NCBI GenBank assembly: GCA_051648545.1
Contig: JBOFFI010000035.1
Span: forward strand, 82,682-146,681
DNA: 64,000 bases
Direction of reading: 5' to 3'
From: Alphaproteobacteria bacterium
GTDB lineage: Bacteria; Pseudomonadota; Alphaproteobacteria; Holosporales; JBOFFI01
Made by a program: the position numbers and the translations under genes. Each line of letters starts with the position of its first letter. Within the stretch, counting starts at the first letter, position 1. The notes under the pieces were generated by a model. The model made no database searches, was not told the origin of the DNA, and was given only the letters and a program-made list of their open reading frames with translations. This document shows positions 28,085 through 37,417 of this stretch, in pieces.

Positions 28085-29823
28085 TACCTGGAAATCGTAA
28101 CATTATCATCACAGTCGTTTTAACGTGTATGATTCTATTGGGATCAGAATATTTGCTGCGTCCTAAGCAAGCTCCGGTCTTGGAAGCACCTCAAGCTGTT
28201 TCTAATGCGCCTCTCCAAACTCCTCAGGTCCAACCTGATCAACGTGTTGTAGGACGTCCTATAAGCCCTTCGCTTCCTGTGGGTTCAGCACCAAAACTTC
28301 CTCGTGAGCGGTTACTCCAACAGGGAGAGCGTCTCAAAATTCAAACGGCTTCGTTGGAAGGCTCCCTAAGGCTTCAAGGGGCTATGTTTGACGATTTGTT
28401 GCTGAAAAAATATCGGGAGCAATTAGACCCCTCCAGCCCCCAGATTGTCTTGCTGTCTCCTGAGCATAGCGAAAATCCGTATCAAGCCTTTATGGGTTGG
28501 TACAGTCCTGACACGAAGCTTCGCCTTCCAGATGCTCAAACCCTTTGGAAAGCAGATCAACACATTTTAACGCCCCAACAGCCAGTTCGCTTAACCTGGG
28601 AAAATGGTCAAGGTGTTACGTTTGAGCAAATGGTTGCTGTGGACGATAACTATTTATTCACCGTTACCCAGCGGGTGTTAAACCAAAGTGGATCACCTAT
28701 TTCCCTTGGAACCCAAGGGCTTGCTTTACGTACGGGAACACCTCAAACCTCAGGATTTTTTATTTCCTATGAAGGCCCGCTTGGTGTTTTTAACGGCACC
28801 CTGAAGGAAGTTGCCTACAAAGATTTGGTTGAAAAACCCTTGATAGAGCAAGCAACCTCCCAGACTTGGATCGGGATTACAGACAAATTTTGGCTGGTGA
28901 GCTTGGTTCCTGAACAAACAAAAAAAGTTGATAGCGCGTTTCAATATTATGAAAAACAGGCTGGAATGCCTGAAGCCTATCAGGTATTTTTTCGTGAAAA
29001 GCTTGAAACCCTTGCGCCTCAAGGCGTTTTGGAGGCAAAAAATTATGTGTTTGCAGGGGCTAAAGAGCTGAATATCCTTGATGACTATGAAAACCGTTAC
29101 CAGATTCGCCATTTTGATTTAGCCGTAGATTTTGGCTGGTTTTATTTCTTAACAAAGCCCATTTTTTATGCTCTAGCCTGGCTGAAAGATTGGACAGGTA
29201 ATTTTGGATTTGCCATTTTAGTCTTTACAGTTTTGTTGAAATTGCTGTTCTTCCCCCTTGCGAATAAGTCTTATCAGTCTATGGCGCGGATGAAAAAGCT
29301 TAAACCCCAGTTAGATGCTTTAAATAAACGCTATGCTTCGGATAAGACCCGCCTGCATCAAGAAATTTGGGCCCTTTATAAAAAAGAAAAAGTAAACCCC
29401 GTTTCAGGCTGCTTGCCGATGTTGGTTCAAATTCCGGTCTTTTTTGCCCTTTATAAAGTGCTCTTCGTAAGCATTGAGATGCGCCATGCGCCTTTTTTTG
29501 GCTGGATCCAAGATCTCTCGGCCCCAGACCCCACAACGTTATTCAACTTGTTTGGCCTGTTGCCTTGGACACCTCCTTCGTTTTTAATGATTGGTGGATG
29601 GCCTTTGATTATGGCAGCGACGATGTTCTTTCAACAGAAGCTGAACCCTCCCCAGGCAGATCCCATCCAGGAAAAAATGTTTCTCTATGTGATGCCGGTG
29701 GTCTTTACAGTCATGTTGGCGCAGTTCCCCGCAGGGCTTGTCATTTATTGGGCCTGGCATAATGCGCTCACCATTTTGCAGCAGTGGATTGTTATGTATT
29801 ATTACGAGAAAAAAACTGCGTAA
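28081..29823 (+). CDS. yidC: Membrane protein insertase YidC
   Basis: 580 aa; N-terminal TM, large periplasmic domain, conserved core GFAILVFTVLLKLLFFPL and GCLPMLVQIPVFFALY. Confidence 0.95.
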   Translation: MIPGNRNIIITVVLTCMILLGSEYLLRPKQAPVLEAPQAVSNAPLQTPQVQPDQRVVGRPISPSLPVGSAPKLPRERLLQQGERLKIQTASLEGSLRLQGAMFDDLLLKKYREQLDPSSPQIVLLSPEHSENPYQAFMGWYSPDTKLRLPDAQTLWKADQHILTPQQPVRLTWENGQGVTFEQMVAVDDNYLFTVTQRVLNQSGSPISLGTQGLALRTGTPQTSGFFISYEGPLGVFNGTLKEVAYKDLVEKPLIEQATSQTWIGITDKFWLVSLVPEQTKKVDSAFQYYEKQAGMPEAYQVFFREKLETLAPQGVLEAKNYVFAGAKELNILDDYENRYQIRHFDLAVDFGWFYFLTKPIFYALAWLKDWTGNFGFAILVFTVLLKLLFFPLANKSYQSMARMKKLKPQLDALNKRYASDKTRLHQEIWALYKKEKVNPVSGCLPMLVQIPVFFALYKVLFVSIEMRHAPFFGWIQDLSAPDPTTLFNLFGLLPWTPPSFLMIGGWPLIMAATMFFQQKLNPPQADPIQEKMFLYVMPVVFTVMLAQFPAGLVIYWAWHNALTILQQWIVMYYYEKKTA

Positions 29824-29847
29824 GTTTTCTCAGGCTAAAAAAGCACG

Positions 29848-31515
29848 CTACACCTGAATCTGTTTAGACTGTAACCAGGCGAGAAACGAATCTCCTGATA
29901 GGGGAATTGAGATGATCCGACCTTGGATGGTGTCACATCCCCAGGCTTTTAAGAGTTGGTGTTGCTGCTGGGTTTCCACGCCTTGGGCAACAACTTCAAA
30001 GCCAAGCTCTTTTCCCAGCTGAATGGTGTTGCGAACGATGTGCCCAGGCGCGTTGTCTTGGGTAATTTGTTGAATCAGCTGATTGCCAATTTTAAGGGTA
30101 TCAAGGGGGAAATCAGTCAAATAACGGTAAGAAAAATGTTTATACCCTGTGTTATCAATGGCAATGCCAATACCGATTGATTTTAGACCGTGAAGCGCTT
30201 TCGAAATGGTTTCTAAATCGAATGTATGCTCATGAATATGAGAATCTTCTAAGCAAATTTGAACACAGCCTGGTTGAAGCTTGTGTTTTTCTAAAAAAAA
30301 TTGAACCGTTTCTTGGAGATGAGGATCCTGTAAATTACTTAAGGAAAGTTTGAAGGTAAGCCTTAAGTGAAAGCCCTTCTGGTTCCATTCAGATAATATT
30401 TTAAAAGCGTGGTCTAAGGTCCATCGGGTTAGGGGAGAGATGAGCAGTGTTTTTTCTGCCAAAGGCATAAATTGTTCAGGAGGGACAATGCCCATTTTAG
30501 GGTGGTTCCACCTGACGATAGCCTCCACGCCTGTTAAATTACCTGAAGTAAGGGAAATCTGAGGTTGAAAAAAAAGCGCTAGCTGGTTTTTATAGAACGT
30601 TTGATTGAGATCGTGCAGCAATTGCAAATTTTGGCGAGGAATTTCCTCAAATGATTGGAGATAATAGGCAAAGCGCTGTCCCTGCTCGCGTGCTTGTTCT
30701 ATAGCAAGGAATGCTTTTCTGCAAAGCCCTGGCCAGCTTTGGTCATCTGTTGGATACTGGGCCGAACCATAGCGGAGTTCCATGAAAACCGAAATACCTT
30801 GGAGCTGAACAACCTCTCGCATAATTTCTTCGCAACTATCCATGAGATAAGCAAGTTCTACTTTCTGATCCGCTAAAATCACAAAATGTCGTGTATCCAG
30901 ATGCCCTACAAACCCAAGGGAAGCAATTTTTTTCATTCCTTCTCCCATTTGTCGGACAAGCTTATACATCTCTTCAAATCCGAAAGATTGCTTAATTTCA
31001 TCAAGATGCTTCAGCTGAATCACCACACAGCGCAGCTCTAATTGTTTGCTTTGTTTGACCCGTTTGTTAAAATAATCCTCTACACCTGAAAAATTAGGGA
31101 GCCCTGAAAGGGGATGAATCTTTGAAAAATTTCCAAGGGTTTGTATCGTTTCTCGGTAAATTTTGCTTAACCACCCACACAAGCCCCCCACAAAGGAAAA
31201 AACTCCAAGTCTAAAAACCCATAGATAGGGGTCTTGAAAACGTTGCAAAGCAATATCTTCTGGAAGAAAGGGCCCAACCAAGATTCCAGAAATGAATCCG
31301 GCTAAAATTCCCCATTTAATATCAAGTATTAATCCAGCCAAAATGATGGGAATATAGAGGAGGTGGATGTAAATTGTGTGGCTTCCCTCGCCAATAGAAT
31401 AGATTGCATAGGTGTTGCACAGAATAAAAATTAATAAAATTAATCCAAACCAGTGACGTGTTTTATTTTTTTGAATAAAAATAAATGATGAATAATTTAA
31501 ATTTGAAGATAACAT
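29848..31515 (-). CDS. Membrane-anchored GGDEF-EAL protein with degenerate catalytic motifs in both domains
   Basis: 555 aa; about 4 N-terminal TMs; GGDEF fold with GGDEF replaced by DTRHF (GHLDTRHFVIL); EAL fold (QPQISL..GVEAIVRW..PLAEKT) with DDFG->DNTG, KID->KIG, EGVE->QGVE. Confidence 0.8.
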   Translation of the reverse strand: MLSSNLNYSSFIFIQKNKTRHWFGLILLIFILCNTYAIYSIGEGSHTIYIHLLYIPIILAGLILDIKWGILAGFISGILVGPFLPEDIALQRFQDPYLWVFRLGVFSFVGGLCGWLSKIYRETIQTLGNFSKIHPLSGLPNFSGVEDYFNKRVKQSKQLELRCVVIQLKHLDEIKQSFGFEEMYKLVRQMGEGMKKIASLGFVGHLDTRHFVILADQKVELAYLMDSCEEIMREVVQLQGISVFMELRYGSAQYPTDDQSWPGLCRKAFLAIEQAREQGQRFAYYLQSFEEIPRQNLQLLHDLNQTFYKNQLALFFQPQISLTSGNLTGVEAIVRWNHPKMGIVPPEQFMPLAEKTLLISPLTRWTLDHAFKILSEWNQKGFHLRLTFKLSLSNLQDPHLQETVQFFLEKHKLQPGCVQICLEDSHIHEHTFDLETISKALHGLKSIGIGIAIDNTGYKHFSYRYLTDFPLDTLKIGNQLIQQITQDNAPGHIVRNTIQLGKELGFEVVAQGVETQQQHQLLKAWGCDTIQGRIISIPLSGDSFLAWLQSKQIQV

Positions 31516-31660
31516 CAGGAATTAATCTGTCGATTTTTGAAATTTGCCTCTAACTGTAATGCTTGTAACAGAGAGATTCTTAATTTTCGCTTAGAGGCTT
31601 TTTGGGCTTTTGAAAAGCAAGCAGATTTTAAATTATAACCAAACCAGCAGAAGCCATAAT

Positions 31661-32083
31661 TTAAGAAAACGGAATCTGTTTTTTCAGCTGGGTGAGGGCA
31701 ATCGCAGCGCGTAATTCAATTTGTTCTAGAATATCTCTCAGATATGGATCGTTTATCTGGCTGGCACCAAGATCTTTTGTATTTTCAAAAATTTCCAGCA
31801 GGGCGGGAGGGAAATCTCCACCCAAAAACTGGGTTTGTAGCATTCCAAGCAACCCCAAAAGGGCTTCGCCTCTTTTTTTGGCTTCCCGTTTTTTTTCTAA
31901 GCTATCTGGAATTTCTTGAATTTTTAGGAGGGAGTGGGCCATGTGGACCATCACGCTTGAAGCCAAAGAAGGCGTTGTTGGGTGAGGAGAGCCAAGGGAA
32001 AAAACAGCATTCCCAAAATTCTGTTTTTCTGAAATAGCAGCTTTTGTGAGGAGAGGCCGAGAAAAACACGCATCAATTTTCAT
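31661..32083 (-). CDS. fliX: FliX-like flagellar assembly regulator (tentative)
   Basis: 140 aa; size, basic central segment (EKKREAKKRGEALLGLLGMLQTQFLGG) and C-terminal ILEQIELRAAIALTQL resemble alphaproteobacterial FliX as I recall it. Confidence 0.45.
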   Translation of the reverse strand: MKIDACFSRPLLTKAAISEKQNFGNAVFSLGSPHPTTPSLASSVMVHMAHSLLKIQEIPDSLEKKREAKKRGEALLGLLGMLQTQFLGGDFPPALLEIFENTKDLGASQINDPYLRDILEQIELRAAIALTQLKKQIPFS

Positions 32084-32289
32084 TTTTTTTTAACTCTCTA
32101 CAACACATTCAGCAATAATTACCCCCTATCATAAGATAAAATTTTAAGAATCTGCTTAAAAAATCTGTTTTTTTAAAAAAAGGTCAAACTATAAAGCCAG
32201 CCGTTGAAGAAAAAGCATAAGGCTGTTATAGAGATAATAAAGTCTTTTTTTGGGTGAAGATTTAGCAAAAGAGGTAATTTAGCGTTTCC

Positions 32290-34095
32290 ATGTCCCTGTC
32301 TTTTTCCTATGTAGATCAAGCGTACGTTTCTGAAACCCTTTCATGTACGGGAAAACTTTGGAAGCTTATCGATTATGACATACGAAAAGCCCAATACCTT
32401 ATGCAAACTTATGAACTTTCAGCTTTAACAGCTCAAATTTTAGCAAAGCGTCTTACAAACCCAGAAGATGCTCCCCTTTTTCTCACACCGCTTTTAAAGC
32501 ATCAACTGCCAGATCCAGAGCATCTCCCAGATCTTCAACCCGCCTTAGAACGAATCTGGCAGGCGTTGCAGAAAGGAGAAAAAATAGCCATTTGGGGGGA
32601 TTATGATGTTGATGGTGCAACATCGTCTGCTTTGTGGGTTCGTTATTTTAGGGAACTTGGGGTAGAGGTGGAGGCCTATATCCCTGACCGGTTTGAAGAA
32701 GGCTATGGCCCTAACTCAAAAGGCCTCCAAACGCTTTTTCAAAAAGGGAGTCGCCTTGTCATTACAGTAGATTGCGGCACGACAGCTTTTGAGCCCCTCG
32801 CATTTGCAAAGGCTCAAGGAATGGATGTGATTGTGATAGATCACCACCGAGGAGAAGCTTTAAACCCAGCGTGTTTTGCCCTTATTAATCCTTATCGCTT
32901 GGATGTGGAGGCTGATCTTATGGAACCCTATCAAGGGCTTGCGGCGGTGGGGCTTTCTTTTCTTGTTGCGGTGGGCCTAAACCGTTTGCTTCGGCAAAAG
33001 GCCTATTTCAACAAAGGTCAAGAGCCAGATTTGTTGTCGCTCTTAGACCTTGTGGCCCTTGGGACGGTGTGTGACGTCATGTCTTTGAAGGGGCTAAATC
33101 GTACCTTTGTAGCCCAAGGGCTTAAAGTGTTGGCCAAGCGCACCAATTTGGGGCTTCAAACCCTGTGCGATGTGGCGGGGTTAAACACCTATCCAACTGC
33201 TTACCATTTGGGATTTTTGCTGGGTCCTCGCATTAATGCGGGAGGGCGTATAGGGGATGCTTCCCTAGGAGTTCGCTTGTTGACCTGTGAAACGCCTCGA
33301 GAGGCCGAAAAAATTTCCCAAAAACTTAACACCCTTAACCAAGAACGTCAGCAAATTGAGGCTGAACTGGAGCAAGAGGCCTGTGCTCAGGCTTTGCTCC
33401 AGCTGGAAGAAGGGGCGACGGTCCTGGTGGTTTCTGGAGAAGGGTGGCACCCAGGTGTGATTGGTATTATAGCAGGCAGATTGAAAGAGCGGTTTCATCG
33501 CCCAACGTTCGTGATCAGCTTTGAAGGAGGGCAGGGGAAAGGGTCTGCCCGCTCCATCCCAGGGTTGGACATCAGCTCACTGATCCATGAGGCTTGTCAT
33601 CAAGGCCTGCTTTTAGGAGGAGGGGGGCATGCCATGGCCGGCGGATTTTCTCTGGAGAGTTCAAAATTAGAAACTTTCCAAACATTTTTACAACACAAAA
33701 CAGTGGCGTTTTACGCATCCAATTCAGGGACGCCTGTGATAGACATTGAGGCTTGTCTAACGTTTCAAGGGTTGTCTTTTTCTATGGTGGAAGAAATTGG
33801 GAAGCTTGCACCTTTTGGGGCAGGTAACCCGCAGCCTCGGTTTTTATTTCAACAGGTTCGGATCTCTAAGGCTGCGCTTTTTGCGGAACAGCACGCGCGC
33901 CTTACCCTCAAGCAAGCAGATGGATCTGGGATAGAAGGGGTTGCTTTCCGATCCAAGGACACCCCTTTGGGTAATGCTATTTTCTCAAACACCCAAAAGC
34001 CTGTGGATATTGTGGGAACGGTACAGCTGTCCCACTGGGGAGGGGCTTCTAAAATTCAATTAATCGTAGAAGATGTGCGAACCGCCACAATATAG
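32290..34095 (+). CDS. recJ: Single-stranded-DNA-specific exonuclease RecJ
   Basis: 601 aa; DHH motifs GDYDVDGATS, ITVDCG, VIVIDHH, GGGHAMAGG. Confidence 0.93.
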   Translation: MSLSFSYVDQAYVSETLSCTGKLWKLIDYDIRKAQYLMQTYELSALTAQILAKRLTNPEDAPLFLTPLLKHQLPDPEHLPDLQPALERIWQALQKGEKIAIWGDYDVDGATSSALWVRYFRELGVEVEAYIPDRFEEGYGPNSKGLQTLFQKGSRLVITVDCGTTAFEPLAFAKAQGMDVIVIDHHRGEALNPACFALINPYRLDVEADLMEPYQGLAAVGLSFLVAVGLNRLLRQKAYFNKGQEPDLLSLLDLVALGTVCDVMSLKGLNRTFVAQGLKVLAKRTNLGLQTLCDVAGLNTYPTAYHLGFLLGPRINAGGRIGDASLGVRLLTCETPREAEKISQKLNTLNQERQQIEAELEQEACAQALLQLEEGATVLVVSGEGWHPGVIGIIAGRLKERFHRPTFVISFEGGQGKGSARSIPGLDISSLIHEACHQGLLLGGGGHAMAGGFSLESSKLETFQTFLQHKTVAFYASNSGTPVIDIEACLTFQGLSFSMVEEIGKLAPFGAGNPQPRFLFQQVRISKAALFAEQHARLTLKQADGSGIEGVAFRSKDTPLGNAIFSNTQKPVDIVGTVQLSHWGGASKIQLIVEDVRTATI

Positions 34096-34231
34096 ACGAA
34101 ACGTCCTGTTCTAGAAGATGAATTTTGTGATTTTTAAGAAATCCCCCTTGCAATTTGGGTAAAAAACGACTAGGTTTATTTTGCCCATTGGAAATAGGGC
34201 GTTATGTTTTCCTTGCCGGTATGTCCGGTTT

Positions 34232-34273
34232 TCCGGGGGAATTTTTCACCTAATTCAGGTGTTCCTTTCCGGA
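34232..34273 (+). promoter_or_regulatory. Nested hairpin in the rpsF 5' leader (possible S6:S18 autoregulatory element)
   Basis: Outer stem TCCGG (34232-34236) / CCGGA (34269-34273) enclosing hairpin CACCT-aattc-AGGTG (34247-34261); ends 10 nt before SD AAGGAG 34284-34289 and the TTG start 34297. Confidence 0.3.
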
Positions 34274-34296
34274 GATAAGCCATAAGGAGAGTCAAT

Positions 34297-34722
34297 TTGG
34301 CCAATTATGAAATCATTTTTATTGTGAGGCAAGATGTATCATCTGCCCAAGTTAAAGCCCTTGCAGAGGGTTATCGTAGCTTAGTCCAATCCCAAGGCGG
34401 AGAAGTCGCCAAGGTTGAATACTGTGGACTCAGAAGCCTTGCTTACCGGATTCGTAAAAACCGGAAAGGCCACTATGTGTTAATGCATGTAGGTGCTGCT
34501 TCTGCTACCCTTCAAGAGATGGAACGTCAGTTGCGTCTCAATGAAGATATTTTACGTTTTTTGACGGTCGCGATTACGTCTTTAGATCCTCAGCCTTCAA
34601 TTTTAGCCCAATCTCGTTCGATCCGTGAACGTCCTTTTGGTCATAGTGGAGAACATTCTGGCGGTCGGGAGGAGCCTCCTCCTTTTGAGCCAGAATCTGA
34701 GTCTTTAGCAATAGCACCGTAA
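34297..34722 (+). CDS. rpsF: 30S ribosomal protein S6
   Basis: YEIIFIVRQD, CGLRSLAYRIRKNRKGHYVLM; acidic/Pro-rich C-terminal tail; TTG start. Confidence 0.9.
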   Translation: MANYEIIFIVRQDVSSAQVKALAEGYRSLVQSQGGEVAKVEYCGLRSLAYRIRKNRKGHYVLMHVGAASATLQEMERQLRLNEDILRFLTVAITSLDPQPSILAQSRSIRERPFGHSGEHSGGREEPPPFEPESESLAIAP

Positions 34723-34734
34723 GGAGATAGCGTC

Positions 34735-35007
34735 ATGCAGCCAACAACATCTTTTTCTCAATCAGCTTCCGCCGGGGCTCCGCCTAAAAAAAGTTTCTTT
34801 AGGCGTCGTAAAGTTTGTCCTTTTTCTGGTCGAGATCCGCTTAAAATTGATTATAAAGATTCGAGACTTCTTCAGAAATTTGTCACAGAGCGTGGAAAGA
34901 TTATTCCTCGCCGCATTACGTCTGTTTGCTCAAAGCGGCAGAGGGAATTGGCGATTGCTATCAAGCGCGCACGTTTTCTGGCTTTAATGCCTTACGTTGG
35001 GGAATGA
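34735..35007 (+). CDS. rpsR: 30S ribosomal protein S18
   Basis: [52 protein letters not shown]. Confidence 0.93.
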   Translation: MQPTTSFSQSASAGAPPKKSFFRRRKVCPFSGRDPLKIDYKDSRLLQKFVTERGKIIPRRITSVCSKRQRELAIAIKRARFLALMPYVGE

Positions 35008-35076
35008 ACACGCAACGAGAGCGGGGAACCTTTAGGTTTCCTGTGCTTCTTTAGTAGTAGGTTTGGTTGTTGTCTT

Positions 35077-36018
35077 ATGCGTCATGATCATGTTTTATCC
35101 ATTGCGTTATCCGTTTTTTCCGGTGTTTTCAGCTTTTTCATGTTGTCATTAGGGGCGGTTTTTGCGCTACCTTTTCTCTTTCTGGGCTATTTTGCCCAAC
35201 TCCCCTTTTTTCTGCTTTGCTTTTTCGCATCTTATGAAGAGGTTTTGCTTGGGGGAGCCGTTGCGAGTTTGCTCCATTTTTTGTTTGCAGCGGAAGGGCA
35301 ACTCGTTAGCTATGTTTTGCTTTATGTGACGCCCCCTGTTTTGTTTGCTTATTTTCTCAAACACCATAAATTGCTTCAAAAAAAGGGAGGCCCACGGGCG
35401 TCTTCAAAGAAGGCGATAGCCCCTTTGATTGGCCAATCTCTTCTTCTGATGGGGTGTTTTTTAACTGTTTTTTTTCATGTTTGGATTGCTCAGACAGATT
35501 TAGAAAAAGTCTTGGGAGAACCTTTTCAAAGGCTTGCCGCTGCCTTTCCAAAAGAAGAAGTTTCAATAAATCAGACGCTTTTTCCTTGGGTTCAGCACTA
35601 TTTTTCAGGGATCATCAGCTTTTCGTGGATGCTGATGACGTTGTGTAATTTGATGATGGCCCAGTTGTTATTCAAGTGGTTTCAAAAAAATCCGCAGTTA
35701 AATCTTTCTTTCAATTATTGGAAAATTGCAAGTTGGCAATATTGGCTGTTGGTTGCCTCCCTTGTTGGAATTGTTTTCTTTTCGGGAGATTTAAGTATGA
35801 TGGCAAAAAATTTGGCCATCATTTCTCTGTTTCCTTTTTTGCTGGAAGGCTTTTCTGTTGTACACAGAATTTACAGGGCCTTTTCAAAAGAGAGATGGGG
35901 AATTGTTGCTCTGTACGGGCTTTTAGTGTTTCTGGTGTGGCCTTTGTTGGCTCTTGTTTGTTTGGGGCTTTTTGAGCCTTGGATTCATGTTCGTCGCCGT
36001 TTGGGTGATCCTTCATAA
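35077..36018 (+). CDS. Polytopic membrane protein (DUF2232-like) between rpsR and rplI
   Basis: 313 aa, about 8 TM segments; this position (rpsR-membrane protein-rplI) is a recurring alphaproteobacterial arrangement. Confidence 0.6.
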   Translation: MRHDHVLSIALSVFSGVFSFFMLSLGAVFALPFLFLGYFAQLPFFLLCFFASYEEVLLGGAVASLLHFLFAAEGQLVSYVLLYVTPPVLFAYFLKHHKLLQKKGGPRASSKKAIAPLIGQSLLLMGCFLTVFFHVWIAQTDLEKVLGEPFQRLAAAFPKEEVSINQTLFPWVQHYFSGIISFSWMLMTLCNLMMAQLLFKWFQKNPQLNLSFNYWKIASWQYWLLVASLVGIVFFSGDLSMMAKNLAIISLFPFLLEGFSVVHRIYRAFSKERWGIVALYGLLVFLVWPLLALVCLGLFEPWIHVRRRLGDPS

Positions 36019-36040
36019 GATTGAAAAAGGAGAAAAAAAG

Positions 36041-36562
36041 ATGATGATCAGCGTTGTATTATGTGAGAATGTTAAAAAGCTAGGAAAAATAGGCGAAATT
36101 GTTCGCGTGCGTTCTGGTTATGCCAGAAATTTTTTGCTTCCCCAAAAGAAAGTGCTGCGAGCTTCGGAAGAGAATCTTCAACTTTTTGAAAAACAACGCT
36201 CAGAACTGGAGGCGTTAAATTTAAAAAAGCTTAAAGATGCTGAAGAACTTGCCGTTGCGTTGAAATCTTATGTGATAACGATGGTGCGTCAAGCGGGGGA
36301 AAGTGGCCAGCTTTATGGCTCCATCACGGCTAAAGACATTGCCCAAGCTTTTGAGAAAGAAGAAATTGCGGTGAAGAAAGAGCATGTAGTTTTGGATGCT
36401 CCTCTTAAAGCTATCGGAAATCACACGATTCGCCTGGCGCTTCACTCAGATGTCTTGACGACGATTTCTTTAATCGTGGCCCTCTCTTCAGAAGAAGCAG
36501 ATCTAGCCAAGCAGAAATTTTTACGTGCAAGAGCCCCTAAAGAAGAAGAAATTGTTGTTTAA
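36041..36562 (+). CDS. rplI: 50S ribosomal protein L9
   Basis: MMISVVLCENVKKLGKIGEIVRVRSGYARNFLLPQKK; AAAGGAG 36026-36032 before ATG 36041. The ORF-track start 35954 overlaps the previous gene. Confidence 0.9.
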   Translation: MMISVVLCENVKKLGKIGEIVRVRSGYARNFLLPQKKVLRASEENLQLFEKQRSELEALNLKKLKDAEELAVALKSYVITMVRQAGESGQLYGSITAKDIAQAFEKEEIAVKKEHVVLDAPLKAIGNHTIRLALHSDVLTTISLIVALSSEEADLAKQKFLRARAPKEEEIVV

Positions 36563-36610
36563 AAAGCGGCAGCTAGGTTTGTTTCATAAAATTAAAATTA
36601 TCGGGCTGTT

Positions 36611-37393
36611 TTGATGTATACATCTGATTGTGTTGTGGTGATCCCTGCTCGCTTGGCTTCTTCTCGTTTGCCTGGCAAGCCTTTGGCGGACATTCTGGGG
36701 AAACCCATGATTCTCCATGTTTGGGAGCGAGCTTCCAGAGCAGGTATTGGCCCTGTTGTTGTCGCTTGTGCAGATGAAGAAATTGCTGAAACCGTTGAAA
36801 AAGCCGGCGGAAACGCGGTTTGGATTAAAGACCCTGTCCCAACAGGTTCAGATATTGTGTTTCAAGCCGTTGAAGTGTTTGACCCAGGGCAACGCTATGC
36901 TTACGTCTTAAATGTCCAGGGAGATTTGCCTGTGTTTGAGCCGTCTCTCTTGGCGCCTCTGCTTCGCCCGCTTCAGGCGGATGGCACTGTTTCCATCTCT
37001 ACCCCTGTTGTACGCAAACTTGACGCGAGTGATCTGGAAGCGCCCCACGTTGTTAAAGCAATGTTTGAAACAGAGCCAACCGCTCACCAAGGTGTGGTTT
37101 GGGGAAAAGCAGTTGGATTTAGCCGAGTTCCCTACACGAAACCTTCTGAGCCCTGGTATCAGCACATCGGCGTTTATGCCTACCGTAGGGAAGCTCTCAA
37201 GGCTTTCGTTGGGATGCCTCAAAGTGATTCAGAAAAACGCGAAAGCTTGGAACAGTTAAGGGCTATGGATAATGGCTTGACCATTGCTGGTGTTGTGGTG
37301 GATGTCCCCCTTCCTTTGAGCGTTGATACACCAGATGATTTAGAAAACGTAAAAACTTTTTTGCGGGCTCATCCAGAAAAATGTGTTGCCTAG
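36611..37393 (+). CDS. kdsB: 3-deoxy-manno-octulosonate cytidylyltransferase (CMP-KDO synthetase)
   Basis: VVIPARLASSRLPGKPLADILGKPMI, NVQGDLP; start TTG 36611 or ATG 36614. Confidence 0.88.
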   Translation: MMYTSDCVVVIPARLASSRLPGKPLADILGKPMILHVWERASRAGIGPVVVACADEEIAETVEKAGGNAVWIKDPVPTGSDIVFQAVEVFDPGQRYAYVLNVQGDLPVFEPSLLAPLLRPLQADGTVSISTPVVRKLDASDLEAPHVVKAMFETEPTAHQGVVWGKAVGFSRVPYTKPSEPWYQHIGVYAYRREALKAFVGMPQSDSEKRESLEQLRAMDNGLTIAGVVVDVPLPLSVDTPDDLENVKTFLRAHPEKCVA

Positions 37394-37417
37394 GGTCAAA
37401 TGGGGGGAGTTGAATAG

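Noticed and set aside
32144-32159. CtrA-box-like TTAA-N-TTAA upstream of the fliX-like gene
   Set aside because: The spacer is 8 nt (TTAAgaatctgcTTAA), whereas the CtrA consensus requires N7. It also sits in AT-rich DNA, where TTAA is frequent.
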